Positions 54,496-63,676 of a stretch of 64,000 bases of DNA are shown in pieces. The notes below the pieces were generated by a model that was given only the letters and a program-made list of their open reading frames with translations, was not told the origin of the DNA and made no database searches. This DNA comes from a virus. The stretch lies in the IMG/VR virus record IMGVR_UViG_3300022843_000001, positions 1 to 64,000 of that record; one strand, 5' to 3'. The position numbers and the translations under genes are program-made. Each line of letters starts with the position of its first letter. The first letter of the stretch is position 1.

Positions 54496-54978
54496 TTAAT
54501 TTACATACATGTTTAGTTCGAATGTTTTGCTTTTGCTTTCTCTGTTGTAGATTTGTATGTGTAGTTTTTTCTTTGATTCCTTGCCATTTTTATCAACAAG
54601 AGTTAAGGTGTATCTATTTGTCTTTCCACGGCCTGGCTTTGCAGGACCTGTTGCAACATCATTCCATCGAGATTCATCTTCGATAGCAAAGCCGGTTTTC
54701 TTTAATTCCTTTTCGACTTCTGTAAATGCATTGCTCATAGAGTCATGATATATCTCATAGGAAGTCTTGGCTTCTTTCAAAAGATCTTTTGCATCAACAC
54801 TCATAGAACCGTTTTTGACACTTACATTAATTGTGCCGTTAGGGTTAACCATATCTACAACACCTTTCAGTGTTTTTGGAGACAAAGAGTCGTATTTATT
54901 TGCATTTTTTACAGTTACAACATCACCCTTGCTAAATTTGGACTTTGTTGCTTCGTCAAACTCTTTAAATGATTTCAT
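54496..54978 (-). CDS. Putative internal head protein
   Basis: MKSFKEFDE N-terminus; late promoter 55013-55020. Confidence 0.65.
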   Translation of the reverse strand: MKSFKEFDEATKSKFSKGDVVTVKNANKYDSLSPKTLKGVVDMVNPNGTINVSVKNGSMSVDAKDLLKEAKTSYEIYHDSMSNAFTEVEKELKKTGFAIEDESRWNDVATGPAKPGRGKTNRYTLTLVDKNGKESKKKLHIQIYNRESKSKTFELNMYVN

Positions 54979-55012
54979 GATCTCTCTGATAATTTGTAAG
55001 TTAGGATAATAT

Positions 55013-55020
55013 TATTTATA
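55013..55020 (-). promoter_or_regulatory. Late promoter TATAAATA
   Basis: Exact box upstream of 54978 and IntN genes. Confidence 0.75.
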
Positions 55021-55179
55021 ACAAAAAGGCGCCGCGCCCTTAATTTATTATGTACCACAGCGACCAGCAGGCCACGACTTGAGACCTTTTTGGCCGTGGT
55101 TCCCGATATGATCAGGTCCTTTTTGACAATTTGACCGCCAGTGCGGTATAACTTTGCTTCTGCTTTTATAATTATTCAT

Positions 55180-55800
55180 TTAATCCCAAAGTGATTGATA
55201 GTGTTTTCCAAACAAATCAAATCCTTCTTGCATCTGTTCATGATGTTTTTTCAGACCGACATGATCACAAACACTGGTATGATTCGGCCCTTTTACTAAT
55301 TCAGAAAGATCTTCATCTGATGTGTCCTCCCATCTATAATCAAATTCTCCTGTATAATATTGACTCTCCCAGCCATCATCAATGGTCTGTTCGAATGCCC
55401 AGATCATTTTGTCCAGGACTTTATCCCATTCCTTTGCGCCAGAATTTTCTTCTAGTTGAAATCCTTCCCCCACAAATGAGTGCTGTGGTGAGTACTCTTG
55501 TTCGTCGCAAAATTCGGAAGGATAACCATGCTGCTCTTTTTTAAGTTGCTTAAGTAATGGAACTATGATATAAGAGAGAGTTGAATAGACAGACCAAGTA
55601 TCGTATTGATCAAGCTTTACTATCACTTTTCGCTTTCGTTTATCATATACCCATTGACATACATCACTAACGCATTCAGGCAGCTTTCCACCAAGTTCAA
55701 AACACTTGTCCTCACTTACACCTATATGCTGAAGTAAATCTGTAAACTGATACGGTCCCCAATAGGTTAAGTATGGCCCTATCTCAACTTTCATCGTCAT
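55180..55800 (-). CDS. Conserved T4-like hypothetical protein
   Basis: MKVEIGPY..WGPYQ, VKLDQYDTWS, WDKVLDKMIWAFEQ, GFDLFGKHYQSLWD. Confidence 0.75.
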   Translation of the reverse strand: MTMKVEIGPYLTYWGPYQFTDLLQHIGVSEDKCFELGGKLPECVSDVCQWVYDKRKRKVIVKLDQYDTWSVYSTLSYIIVPLLKQLKKEQHGYPSEFCDEQEYSPQHSFVGEGFQLEENSGAKEWDKVLDKMIWAFEQTIDDGWESQYYTGEFDYRWEDTSDEDLSELVKGPNHTSVCDHVGLKKHHEQMQEGFDLFGKHYQSLWD

Positions 55801-55901
55801 TATCCTTATTGTGTATTATATTGCTTAGTTCACACATTACAGAAAACATCAACAAACCAAGAATTATAATAGAAGCGGTGACTATGATCAACGAAAAAAG
55901 A

Positions 55902-56126
55902 TCATTCATCATAGTCACCGCTTATTAATTCCTGTGATAGATAATGTGGATTTAATGCCCAGATACCGCATAGATCGACGTATTCGTTTTCAGGTTGAAC
56001 AAGACCTATTATTTCTGCCCATTCTTCCAATTCGTCTTTGGTCAATTCAACTGTCTGTTGTCTTTTATTCATCACCAAAAAATCTTCCAGCTTTAGGATA
56101 ATTACTTTTCGTTTGTCCATAATCAT
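55902..56126 (-). CDS. Hypothetical protein
   Basis: Short ORF in early cassette. Confidence 0.45.
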   Translation of the reverse strand: MIMDKRKVIILKLEDFLVMNKRQQTVELTKDELEEWAEIIGLVQPENEYVDLCGIWALNPHYLSQELISGDYDE

Positions 56127-56233
56127 TAGAAAATGATATGTATATCACATCATGATTGATACCGACGTTTATAATATTTCCTAATATAACTATTACAACA
56201 ACAAGAATTAGTTTTGGCATGGGGTATTTATAA

Positions 56234-56710
56234 TCATTCAGGATCAATGGAACTTAACTCCTCTTTAAGCACTTCGATCCAAAATTCATATTTTGCTTGA
56301 CGCGTCAAGTCAGCATTTTCAATTCTTTTCATTCGCCTTAAATCCATATTATGAGTCATATCACAAATCTTGACTCGCATTGCGATAGGATTTAACATAA
56401 CTCGATCCATGTAGACATTATAATCTTCATAGATAGGTGATTTAATTTTGGTTAGTGCTACAACAGCATCAACAACTTTTCTGTTGAATCCTAACTGACC
56501 TAGTCGAACAGCCGTCATATCGGTATCTTCAACAATGTCGTGCAATAATGCAGCCATAATGTCATTGTCTGTGATTAGTAAAGGATAAGTTTTTTGAAGT
56601 ATCTTTGCAACTTCTCTTGGGTGATTGATGTATATCTCACCGCCTTTATCAAATTGGCCTTCGTGCATTATTGCTGCAATTTGATCTGCATATTCTATAG
56701 TATTAATCAT
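56234..56710 (-). CDS. HD-domain alarmone-hydrolase-like protein, copy 2 (start MINTIE)
   Basis: MHEGQFDKGGEIYINHP..V, AALLHDIVED, VKICDMTHN. Confidence 0.82.
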   Translation of the reverse strand: MINTIEYADQIAAIMHEGQFDKGGEIYINHPREVAKILQKTYPLLITDNDIMAALLHDIVEDTDMTAVRLGQLGFNRKVVDAVVALTKIKSPIYEDYNVYMDRVMLNPIAMRVKICDMTHNMDLRRMKRIENADLTRQAKYEFWIEVLKEELSSIDPE

Positions 56711-56741
56711 ATAATTTTTTTTTCTCAATTTCCATACATGT

Positions 56742-56770
56742 ATTATACCATGGTTGGGGTATAATGTCAA
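56742..56770 (-). promoter_or_regulatory. Early sigma70 promoter
   Basis: TTGACA-17-TATAAT; perfect palindrome at 56801-56816. Confidence 0.9.
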
Positions 56771-56834
56771 TAACTAATTTTAGTTTAGTTATAATTAGTT
56801 GTTATATCGATATAACTAATAGATAGGTCAATAT

Positions 56835-57272
56835 TCATCGCAAATGTAATAGGTTGAAATCAGGGCCGCAGAATTTATAGTCTAATGCCATCTGATCATC
56901 ACTCGTTCTTTTGTAGCGTTCGGCATAGTATAATATTTGTATACCTGCCTGACTTAAATGTTTCAGGCATTGTCTGCAAGGAGATAGAGTTGTATACATA
57001 GTGCCGCCTTCAATTGATAAGCCAGCCCGTGCGGCAAATATGATAGCATTCATTTCTGCATGAATTTCGTGATCTGCACTCCATGCAGAATGTGCCTCCC
57101 CTGATTCAGTCCATACATCACAACAGTTGGTATACCCTTTTGGTGTGCCGTTATAACCGGTTGATATAATGCGATCATCTTTGACTATAATCGCACCAAC
57201 TTGAACAGAGACGCACTTAGAACTGCGTGCAACTTCCCTTGCTATATTCATGTATTGGTGATTGCCTATCAC
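56835..57272 (-). CDS. cd: dCMP deaminase
   Basis: SKCVSVQVGAIIV, GYNGTP, HAEMNAI, SPCRQC. Confidence 0.93.
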   Translation of the reverse strand: MIGNHQYMNIAREVARSSKCVSVQVGAIIVKDDRIISTGYNGTPKGYTNCCDVWTESGEAHSAWSADHEIHAEMNAIIFAARAGLSIEGGTMYTTLSPCRQCLKHLSQAGIQILYYAERYKRTSDDQMALDYKFCGPDFNLLHLR

Positions 57273-57496
57273 CAGAAGCCTCCTTCAAAATTATCAATGT
57301 CATCATTATTGTCATCAAAATTGTCTGAGGATAGATAATTGATCTCTGACTCTTTAACTACAACAGTTCGTTTAGATAACGCCCTGACCTTTGCTTTTAT
57401 GGCAAGCCGTTTCATTGTCAATTTAAATTCATCGCTTTTTTGTGTCTTGGCGACTGCGTCTGCAATGAGATCAATTCTAGTCATCAAAAACTCCAT
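57269..57496 (-). CDS. Hypothetical protein
   Basis: Coupled to dCMP deaminase. Confidence 0.45.
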   Translation of the reverse strand: MEFLMTRIDLIADAVAKTQKSDEFKLTMKRLAIKAKVRALSKRTVVVKESEINYLSSDNFDDNNDDIDNFEGGFW

Positions 57497-57832
57497 CTTT
57501 CTTTAACTTCAATGTTCCAAAAATTACAGACACAACACCGACAATGGCAAAAGCCAAGATATACGCCAAATTTAGTTCTGGGTTATCAAGCATGGCAGAC
57601 GCCAATAATAAGGTAATTATTCCAAACACGAATCTAATCATTTTCTTCATACCCTGGTTCGATTGACAATAACCCTTGTTTAGATTTAGGCACCTTAAGT
57701 TCTTTGATAGCGAAGATTTTGGCGGCGTATAGATCGCCGACGGATAAAGGTATCTCTATTTTCTTAGAGTTATAATATGCAATGTATCCAGTTTGTTTCA
57801 TAATTTAGTCTCTTTAATTAATTTATACATGT

Positions 57833-57861
57833 ATTATACCATGGTTCGGGTATAATGTCAA
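57833..57861 (-). promoter_or_regulatory. Early sigma70 promoter
   Basis: TTGACA-17-TATAAT plus shared leader. Confidence 0.88.
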
Positions 57862-57890
57862 CAACTTTCTTATAACTTGTAGTTATAACC

Positions 57891-58409
57891 TTATAACATT
57901 TCTCTAGCTTGAGCGAGCAAAACAGAATCTGCCTTGGTCAATACATCCAGAAGCAATGCTTTTTCTTTCAAATAAACCTTTGCAAACTTGGGATCGTGTT
58001 CGATAATAGAAACACTGTTGTCTATCAAATCTGCGACCTTGATGTTATGTACATCAGCACTTGCGGCACCTAATCTTTCTCGGTCCATCTTCTTTCTAGC
58101 CGCCCTGTTAGGACTCACACCTTCGATAAATGGGTCATCAGACAATGCTTTGATCATATCATGTACCCTAGTACCAAATTCTTCTTGAATCATATCCAAG
58201 GTGACCTCAGTATCTTCAACTGTGTCGTGCAAGAAAGCAGCAGCGATTACATGTTCATCCGTGATACCTACCGAACGTAATGTCAGCGCTACATTAACCG
58301 GATGAAAGATATAAGGCTCTCCTGTGTATTTTCTTTTATGATATATGTCGCCGTGATATTTCCACGCGAACCAATATGCTTTTTCTGTTAGTGCAGTAGT
58401 AGTTGTCAT
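57891..58409 (-). CDS. HD-domain alarmone-hydrolase-like protein, copy 3
   Basis: HKRKYTGEPYIFHP..VA, AAFLHDTVED, IKVADLIDN. Confidence 0.85.
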   Translation of the reverse strand: MTTTTALTEKAYWFAWKYHGDIYHKRKYTGEPYIFHPVNVALTLRSVGITDEHVIAAAFLHDTVEDTEVTLDMIQEEFGTRVHDMIKALSDDPFIEGVSPNRAARKKMDRERLGAASADVHNIKVADLIDNSVSIIEHDPKFAKVYLKEKALLLDVLTKADSVLLAQAREML

Positions 58410-58436
58410 AATTTAAACTCTTTAATTTATATATGT

Positions 58437-58464
58437 ATTATATCATAACCACGGGCTATGTCAA
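58437..58464 (-). promoter_or_regulatory. Early sigma70 promoter
   Basis: TTGACA-16-TATAAT; palindrome at 58475-58489. Confidence 0.8.
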
Positions 58465-58496
58465 CAACTTATTAGTTATATCGATATAATTAATAG

Positions 58497-58685
58497 TTAT
58501 AAAAATATATAACCATTGTAGTAACCCCAACCTAACCACAAAATGGCGCCAGTTACAATATATATTAAGATGTTGGGCATCATATATAAAAGTCTGACTA
58601 TCAAGACACAAATAAATATAATAAAAGCAATTTCGATAAATGGCGCAGCAATCTCTGGCCAAGTTAGATAACCATGTCTATTCAT
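58497..58685 (-). CDS. Small membrane protein
   Basis: Hydrophobic ORF coupled to upstream gene. Confidence 0.4.
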   Translation of the reverse strand: MNRHGYLTWPEIAAPFIEIAFIIFICVLIVRLLYMMPNILIYIVTGAILWLGWGYYNGYIFL

Positions 58686-59046
58686 TGTTCATTCTCTGCC
58701 AACGGTTGGCTCTTTCAAAAAATTCTTTAGCGAACTTTTGTGGGTTTTTCAAATGTTCATCCGTGCCCATTTCGTCATCATATATTGTAGCAGTGCCGCT
58801 GTCGTTATAATATTCAACGTCAACTTTGAATGCAAAATGCATTTTGCCTTCTTCATCGGTAATTCTGGTAACAGGATGAATTCCAAGATATCCCACCTTC
58901 AAACTGCTTCGAGCATCGACAAGTGCCTCCACGATTGGTTGCAAGACAATCTCACCGACAGTATCTATCTCGAATGTTGTGTCTTCATATTTGCCTTCAT
59001 ATTTGCCTTCGTATTCGACAAGCAACGTTTTTGGATCTTTAATCAT
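58678..59046 (-). CDS. Hypothetical protein
   Basis: Coupled ORF. Confidence 0.55.
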   Translation of the reverse strand: MIKDPKTLLVEYEGKYEGKYEDTTFEIDTVGEIVLQPIVEALVDARSSLKVGYLGIHPVTRITDEEGKMHFAFKVDVEYYNDSGTATIYDDEMGTDEHLKNPQKFAKEFFERANRWQRMNNE

Positions 59047-59363
59047 AAGTATCTAGCTCCATATACGTCCCAAGCAGTAACACAACCTTCATTTTCGTCA
59101 AAGACGTTTCCACGAACACCTTTAGCAGGGGCTTTCCAAGACGCGGCTTTAAGTATATCTCCATTCTCCAAATTCACAAAAGAGTGCACAGATTCGGGAT
59201 TAAATGTGTTGGGTTTACATTTGATAATCTTCGCGTATTTTTTGCCGTAAGATACATCAATATTAAAAACACCTATATCATATTTCATATTCACATAATG
59301 TTCAGCGGTGTGTTTTTCTAAAGTAATTCGCATTTTCTCGATCTGTTCTTTGACTGTATTCAT
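59043..59363 (-). CDS. Conserved phage early protein
   Basis: KKYAKII..VHSFVN..GDILKAASWKAPAKGVRGNVF. Confidence 0.75.
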   Translation of the reverse strand: MNTVKEQIEKMRITLEKHTAEHYVNMKYDIGVFNIDVSYGKKYAKIIKCKPNTFNPESVHSFVNLENGDILKAASWKAPAKGVRGNVFDENEGCVTAWDVYGARYL

Positions 59364-59394
59364 AATTTAGTCTCTTCAATTAATTTATACAACT

Positions 59395-59423
59395 ATTATA
59401 CCATAGGTGTAATACAATGTCAA
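59395..59423 (-). promoter_or_regulatory. Early sigma70 promoter
   Basis: TTGACA-17-TATAAT plus shared leader. Confidence 0.88.
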
Positions 59424-59448
59424 CAACTTATTAGTTATAACGATATAA

Positions 59449-59733
59449 TTAGTAGTAATAACGGCGAGAATCATCGGTGTTTTCGAAATTCCACCGACTT
59501 GTCTCAGGTTGCCACTCGCGAACGCCAACACTCTTCTCGGTGCCAGCAGTAGAATCTTTCATTGATTGTTTGTCAAGATAATTATATCCTGCGTAGTTTC
59601 CTGTAGCGTGTAATATTGTTTCTAGCAAAGCATATTGCCCTATGCGAAAGTCTTTATAGTCGTCACAGCTATTAAGCAACGCATCATTAACTATGTTTTT
59701 AATTTCATCAACACTAAAAGTTTTTCTGGACAT
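59449..59733 (-). CDS. Hypothetical early protein (start MSRKTF)
   Basis: LLETILHATGNYAGYNYL..DDSRRYYY. Confidence 0.65.
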   Translation of the reverse strand: MSRKTFSVDEIKNIVNDALLNSCDDYKDFRIGQYALLETILHATGNYAGYNYLDKQSMKDSTAGTEKSVGVREWQPETSRWNFENTDDSRRYYY

Positions 59734-59765
59734 AATATGGGACTCTTCAATTAATTTATACATGT

Positions 59766-59794
59766 ATTATACCATGGTTGGGGTATAATGTCAA
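59766..59794 (-). promoter_or_regulatory. Early sigma70 promoter
   Basis: TTGACA-17-TATAAT; partial palindrome 59827-59840. Confidence 0.88.
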
Positions 59795-59919
59795 CAACTA
59801 ACTTGGAAATTTTTAGAACTTGGAAATATATCGATATAACTTAGAGTTATATGGTGGAACTTGAAAAAACTTGTATAGAGTAGGGTTATCCTACACAAGT
59901 TATATTACATGCAGCGTAC

Positions 59920-60228
59920 TCAGTTGTCAACTTTCGCGCCAGCACGCCATTGATAACAGCTCCAATACTTTGCTTTCCACTTTGGTCCTGGGTCCTTATC
60001 ACAGCCGTGTCTTGCTCGGAAAGATTTACGTCTAGCAGGGTCGTCTCTTTTGATTTCCATGTTTGGGTCACCAAAAGTAACCTTAACTACGTTATCTTTA
60101 TCATTTTTAACGTAAACGCCAAATTTTTTGGTAGACCCTGAAGGCAACCTAAAAGGGTCATTTAACTTTACTTTCTTTCCTTGATACTCATTATCTTCGA
60201 GCATTGTGTAATCAAGAAACGATTTCAT
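59920..60228 (-). CDS. Basic small protein, putative internal head protein (start MKSFLDY)
   Basis: KKFGVYVKN..VKVTFGD..DPARRKSFRARH.C..KYWSC. Confidence 0.75.
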   Translation of the reverse strand: MKSFLDYTMLEDNEYQGKKVKLNDPFRLPSGSTKKFGVYVKNDKDNVVKVTFGDPNMEIKRDDPARRKSFRARHGCDKDPGPKWKAKYWSCYQWRAGAKVDN

Positions 60229-60331
60229 CAACCTACCCAGACACAGTATTGAGAAGCAGTAGCAACTGCTTGGCATGCCTGCAAAGTTGCGTATTCCGCG
60301 ATTGCTATTCCTTCGTGCATTAAATTATACA

Positions 60332-60577
60332 TTATATTTTATCCTTTGCGTCACAAGATGCGCCAGACAACATATTGGCGACTTGTACTTTTAGTACGAT
60401 TATTTCATTCATCTTAGTTTGTTCTGCTCGAAGACCACCTATTTCGAGGTTCATAGTCTGTAGTTCTTGATTCTGTTCGTAGTATCCATACCCAAACAAG
60501 GCAGAGAGTATAATAAATACAGATAGTGGTTTTTTAACCAGTAATTCTATTATAGCATTGTAATTCATAGAGAACAT
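60332..60577 (-). CDS. Membrane-anchored coiled-coil protein (late)
   Basis: N-terminal TM plus coiled coil; late box 60591-60598. Confidence 0.55.
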   Translation of the reverse strand: MFSMNYNAIIELLVKKPLSVFIILSALFGYGYYEQNQELQTMNLEIGGLRAEQTKMNEIIVLKVQVANMLSGASCDAKDKI

Positions 60578-60599
60578 CCTTCGTTTTCTATATTTATAG

Positions 60600-60626
60600 A
60601 AAAAGGACCTTTAGTAGGTCCTTTTT
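60600..60626. terminator. Bidirectional Rho-independent terminator
   Basis: AAAAAGGACCT-TTAGT-AGGTCCTTTTT. Confidence 0.85.
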
Positions 60627-60631
60627 CGATA

Positions 60632-60705
60632 TGGCGAAGAGCTAAGGAATCGAACCCCAAATTTCAGCGTTGGAAACTGATGTGTTACCATTACACCAAC
60701 TCAAC
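60632..60705 (-). tRNA. Orphan tRNA-Trp(CCA) with two acceptor-stem mismatches
   Basis: D-arm GTGTAATGGTAACAC, loop TTCCAAC, T-loop TTCGATT, G73-CCA. Confidence 0.7.
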
Positions 60706-60709
60706 TTAA

Positions 60710-60955
60710 TTATGCAGAGACTATATAATTATCCGGAGAGAACACCTTATCGGCATCGGCTGCATTAACTTGAAATTTATGCGTTCGATTTGATTCACTA
60801 AAACCATGAGCGGCACTTACACGTCCACGAATTTTTGTATAACCATTGAATGAATGAACTCGAGCTACTCGATAGCCGGCGTTAGTTTTAGGTGCAACGT
60901 CTGCGCGACGAAGTTCGCCGTTAGGCATACGGACTGTTATTAATGTTGTAATCAT
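60710..60955 (-). CDS. Hypothetical early protein
   Basis: Follows promoter 60986-61014. Confidence 0.6.
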   Translation of the reverse strand: MITTLITVRMPNGELRRADVAPKTNAGYRVARVHSFNGYTKIRGRVSAAHGFSESNRTHKFQVNAADADKVFSPDNYIVSA

Positions 60956-60985
60956 ACTATTTTTTCCTTTCATTATTAAGATACC

Positions 60986-61014
60986 ATTATATCACAAACG
61001 AATGTGTTTGTCAA
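60986..61014 (-). promoter_or_regulatory. Sigma70 promoter
   Basis: TTGACA-17-TATAAT. Confidence 0.8.
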
Positions 61015-61015
61015 T

Positions 61016-61819
61016 CTATTTGTCACGAATCTTGTTATTCTTTTCTACCGCGGAAGTAAGTACACCGAGCTCGGAACCCATGAGCTTTGCATAAGATAAC
61101 AAAGCGGAGGTGTCCTTGGGGAAGCAATGTCCACCAAATCCACGATCACCATCAGGTCCAGGGACTTTCATATGAGAAGCACCGACTCTAGAGTCTCGTG
61201 TCAGCATATCGGTAAACTGGGGCCAAGTGGTTTTAGTGTTAGTCTTTTTATGAAGTTCGTGAAGTTCATTCATGAAGGTCACCTTGGTAGACAACCAACT
61301 ATTAATTGTATACTTCAGAAGACTTGCGGAAGCAATATCTACCTTAAATGTAGGAACGACCTTTACCCTACTATGGTTAAGATATGCTCTTTCGACAACT
61401 TCGCAGAGCTCGAAATATCCACCTAGTACTTGCATTGGTGGATTACAGAAGTCCCAATGGGCATTGGCTTCGGTGAGAAATTCTGGATTGTATACAATTT
61501 TTAAATTGTAGTTTGAGACCATCAGTCGAAGATGGTCTGGAGTGATCGTACTCTTGATAACAACGATGCCTCGATATTCCAATTGTTCGAGCTGGAATAA
61601 TGTCTCATAAGTTATAGATGCATCCACTTCGCCGTCTTCTCTTTGTGGTGTTGGAAGGCATAAAAATATGATTTGGGGTTGTGCAAGAGCACAGTCTTCT
61701 AAGCTGAGAGTGGTGTGTCTAGGGTCAACTATTAGTTGATCGACATTGACATTAAATCCATGGGACACACTACCACCGACAAATCCTTTGCCGACAATAC
61801 CTAAAGTTAGTTGTTTCAT
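61016..61819 (-). CDS. ugd: UDP-glucose/GDP-mannose dehydrogenase family protein (short form)
   Basis: GIVGKGFVG Rossmann, IFLCLPTP, IKSTITP, YNPEFL, KYTINSWL, GFGGHCFPKD. Confidence 0.9.
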   Translation of the reverse strand: MKQLTLGIVGKGFVGGSVSHGFNVNVDQLIVDPRHTTLSLEDCALAQPQIIFLCLPTPQREDGEVDASITYETLFQLEQLEYRGIVVIKSTITPDHLRLMVSNYNLKIVYNPEFLTEANAHWDFCNPPMQVLGGYFELCEVVERAYLNHSRVKVVPTFKVDIASASLLKYTINSWLSTKVTFMNELHELHKKTNTKTTWPQFTDMLTRDSRVGASHMKVPGPDGDRGFGGHCFPKDTSALLSYAKLMGSELGVLTSAVEKNNKIRDK

Positions 61820-61856
61820 AATCTAATCACCTTTGATCTATTAATAATATAAGTTC

Positions 61857-61885
61857 ATTATAACACGGATGGTTCTATTTGTCAA
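61857..61885 (-). promoter_or_regulatory. Sigma70 promoter
   Basis: TTGACA-17-TATAAT. Confidence 0.8.
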
Positions 61886-62019
61886 TCTTTATTTAATAAT
61901 TTTTCTATGTACATTTGTCTTGTTGTGTGATATAATAGTTATATCACCTAATTTTAATATTGCGTATGAAGCTTTTAGAAATACAACGACAATTACAATT
62001 ATCACTAATTCTATCATTA

Positions 62020-62310
62020 TTATACACCTTTGATGCCGAAAAGATAAGATATCGACAAAATAATTGCCGTACCCGCGATTGATACCCCTAACCATTTTAT
62101 AGCAGAGCCAATTAAAACTTGACTTACCATTTCTAACTCAAGCTTTCTAATTCTATCTAGCACATCTTCTTCTTTAAAGTGTGCTAGATGTATAGATAGT
62201 TTGTCTACTGCTCTTTCTAATTTACTAGCTATGTCAGATGCTCGTTCCTCTTGAATTTCTAGCTGACGAAGTCTATGCAATACATCATTATTATTATTAT
62301 CATCCGACAT
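62020..62310 (-). CDS. Coiled-coil protein with C-terminal TM helix (late)
   Basis: Coiled coil then hydrophobic C-terminus; late box 62341-62348. Confidence 0.55.
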   Translation of the reverse strand: MSDDNNNNDVLHRLRQLEIQEERASDIASKLERAVDKLSIHLAHFKEEDVLDRIRKLELEMVSQVLIGSAIKWLGVSIAGTAIILSISYLFGIKGV

Positions 62311-62359
62311 AAAGTGCTCCTTGTCTTATGTAAATGATTATATTTATAAGACTTAAATT

Positions 62360-63676
62360 CTATTTAAAATTTAAGTCCCAAAGGAATTCATCTTTGGTCG
62401 TGGTGGATTTCCAATATTCACCTTCAGCTTTTATGTTTTCTATCTGGGTTTTCAATTCATCTACCATCTCTTTGGTTAAAGTCATGATATTAAGACGCAG
62501 CAATTTGTCGCAGTCGTCGTCGGATGCCTTCATGAATGATTGAATTTGTTTGACAACCTTTGCTTTAGTGCTACCTTTAAACTTAACCTCGTCGGCAAGC
62601 ACAGCATTTATAAAAGCGCGTTTAATAAGCAACCATCGCATTTGTTCCTGCAATTTTTCAATCTTAGTTTTGATACGCAGATCAAGCACACCCATCTTGA
62701 ATTCAATAAAATCCTTTATTAAATCCCGCTCGTCAGTATATTCTTTAAGATTCCCTTCTGCATCAATCACAGTAATATTCTCTGCATATGATTTTTCAAG
62801 TTTAAACATCTTCTGAATCTTTGCATCAGTGTCTAAAGTTTTGGCAACCTTGTTGCTTAGGTGAATTTCAAACTGAAAACCATGTGTAGAACACTGATCT
62901 GAATATCTAACTATATTGCCATCATCTTCGATCTTATCAAGTATTTTGATATATGTCTCACGATCATAGCCGTATGGAATTTCAGTGATAATAAGTTTGG
63001 TAGAAGATGGGCGTTTGAATATCCCGTAAGATAAGAACCGGTCAGAAATAGGGTCGTATGATGTAGCACCTTCAAAGTCTGGAAATGTAATAGGCAAACG
63101 ATTAGTTATCTTTCCTTTGGAGATATATTCTTTACATGCTTTTATTATGTCTTTCTCGCTGCGCGGTAGTATATTGGTCGCAAATCCTGTCGCAATACCC
63201 TTTATGCCATTGGTCAAGACCAGTGGTATAACTGGAAGGTAATATTGAGGAGGAAGATGCTCTGGGTCTTCATGCTCTGGAGACAAGTCAATATCCTTGA
63301 TGTATTTGTTGAAGTTTGCGTGTAGTCGTGTGTAGACATAGCGAGCTGCGCCTGCCGCCTGTATCTGACGAGTACCAAACGAACCTCTACCTTCGATCAA
63401 ACAAATATTGTTGTTCCAATTGGCAGCCATCAACTGCCCTGCGCCTGCAGCAGAAGTTTCGCCGTGATTATAACCATAATCAGATATGATGCCCGATATA
63501 GCAGAGACCTTTTTGAACTCTTTGGATGAGTTCACAATCGACGAATAGAGATAGAAGCGCTGCACTGGTTTTAAACCATCCACAGCACTTGGAATTGCTC
63601 GATTCTCGATTGTGTACTTTGCAAAGTCTTTCATTTCATTATTTGCAATGTCTGTCAGAGAGTATATATTAATCAT
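62360..63676 (-). CDS. gp52: DNA topoisomerase II medium subunit
   Basis: RAIPSAVDGLKPVQR, YNHGETS, GRGSFG..AGAARY (catalytic Tyr), NGIKGIATGFATNILP. Confidence 0.96.
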   Translation of the reverse strand: MINIYSLTDIANNEMKDFAKYTIENRAIPSAVDGLKPVQRFYLYSSIVNSSKEFKKVSAISGIISDYGYNHGETSAAGAGQLMAANWNNNICLIEGRGSFGTRQIQAAGAARYVYTRLHANFNKYIKDIDLSPEHEDPEHLPPQYYLPVIPLVLTNGIKGIATGFATNILPRSEKDIIKACKEYISKGKITNRLPITFPDFEGATSYDPISDRFLSYGIFKRPSSTKLIITEIPYGYDRETYIKILDKIEDDGNIVRYSDQCSTHGFQFEIHLSNKVAKTLDTDAKIQKMFKLEKSYAENITVIDAEGNLKEYTDERDLIKDFIEFKMGVLDLRIKTKIEKLQEQMRWLLIKRAFINAVLADEVKFKGSTKAKVVKQIQSFMKASDDDCDKLLRLNIMTLTKEMVDELKTQIENIKAEGEYWKSTTTKDEFLWDLNFK

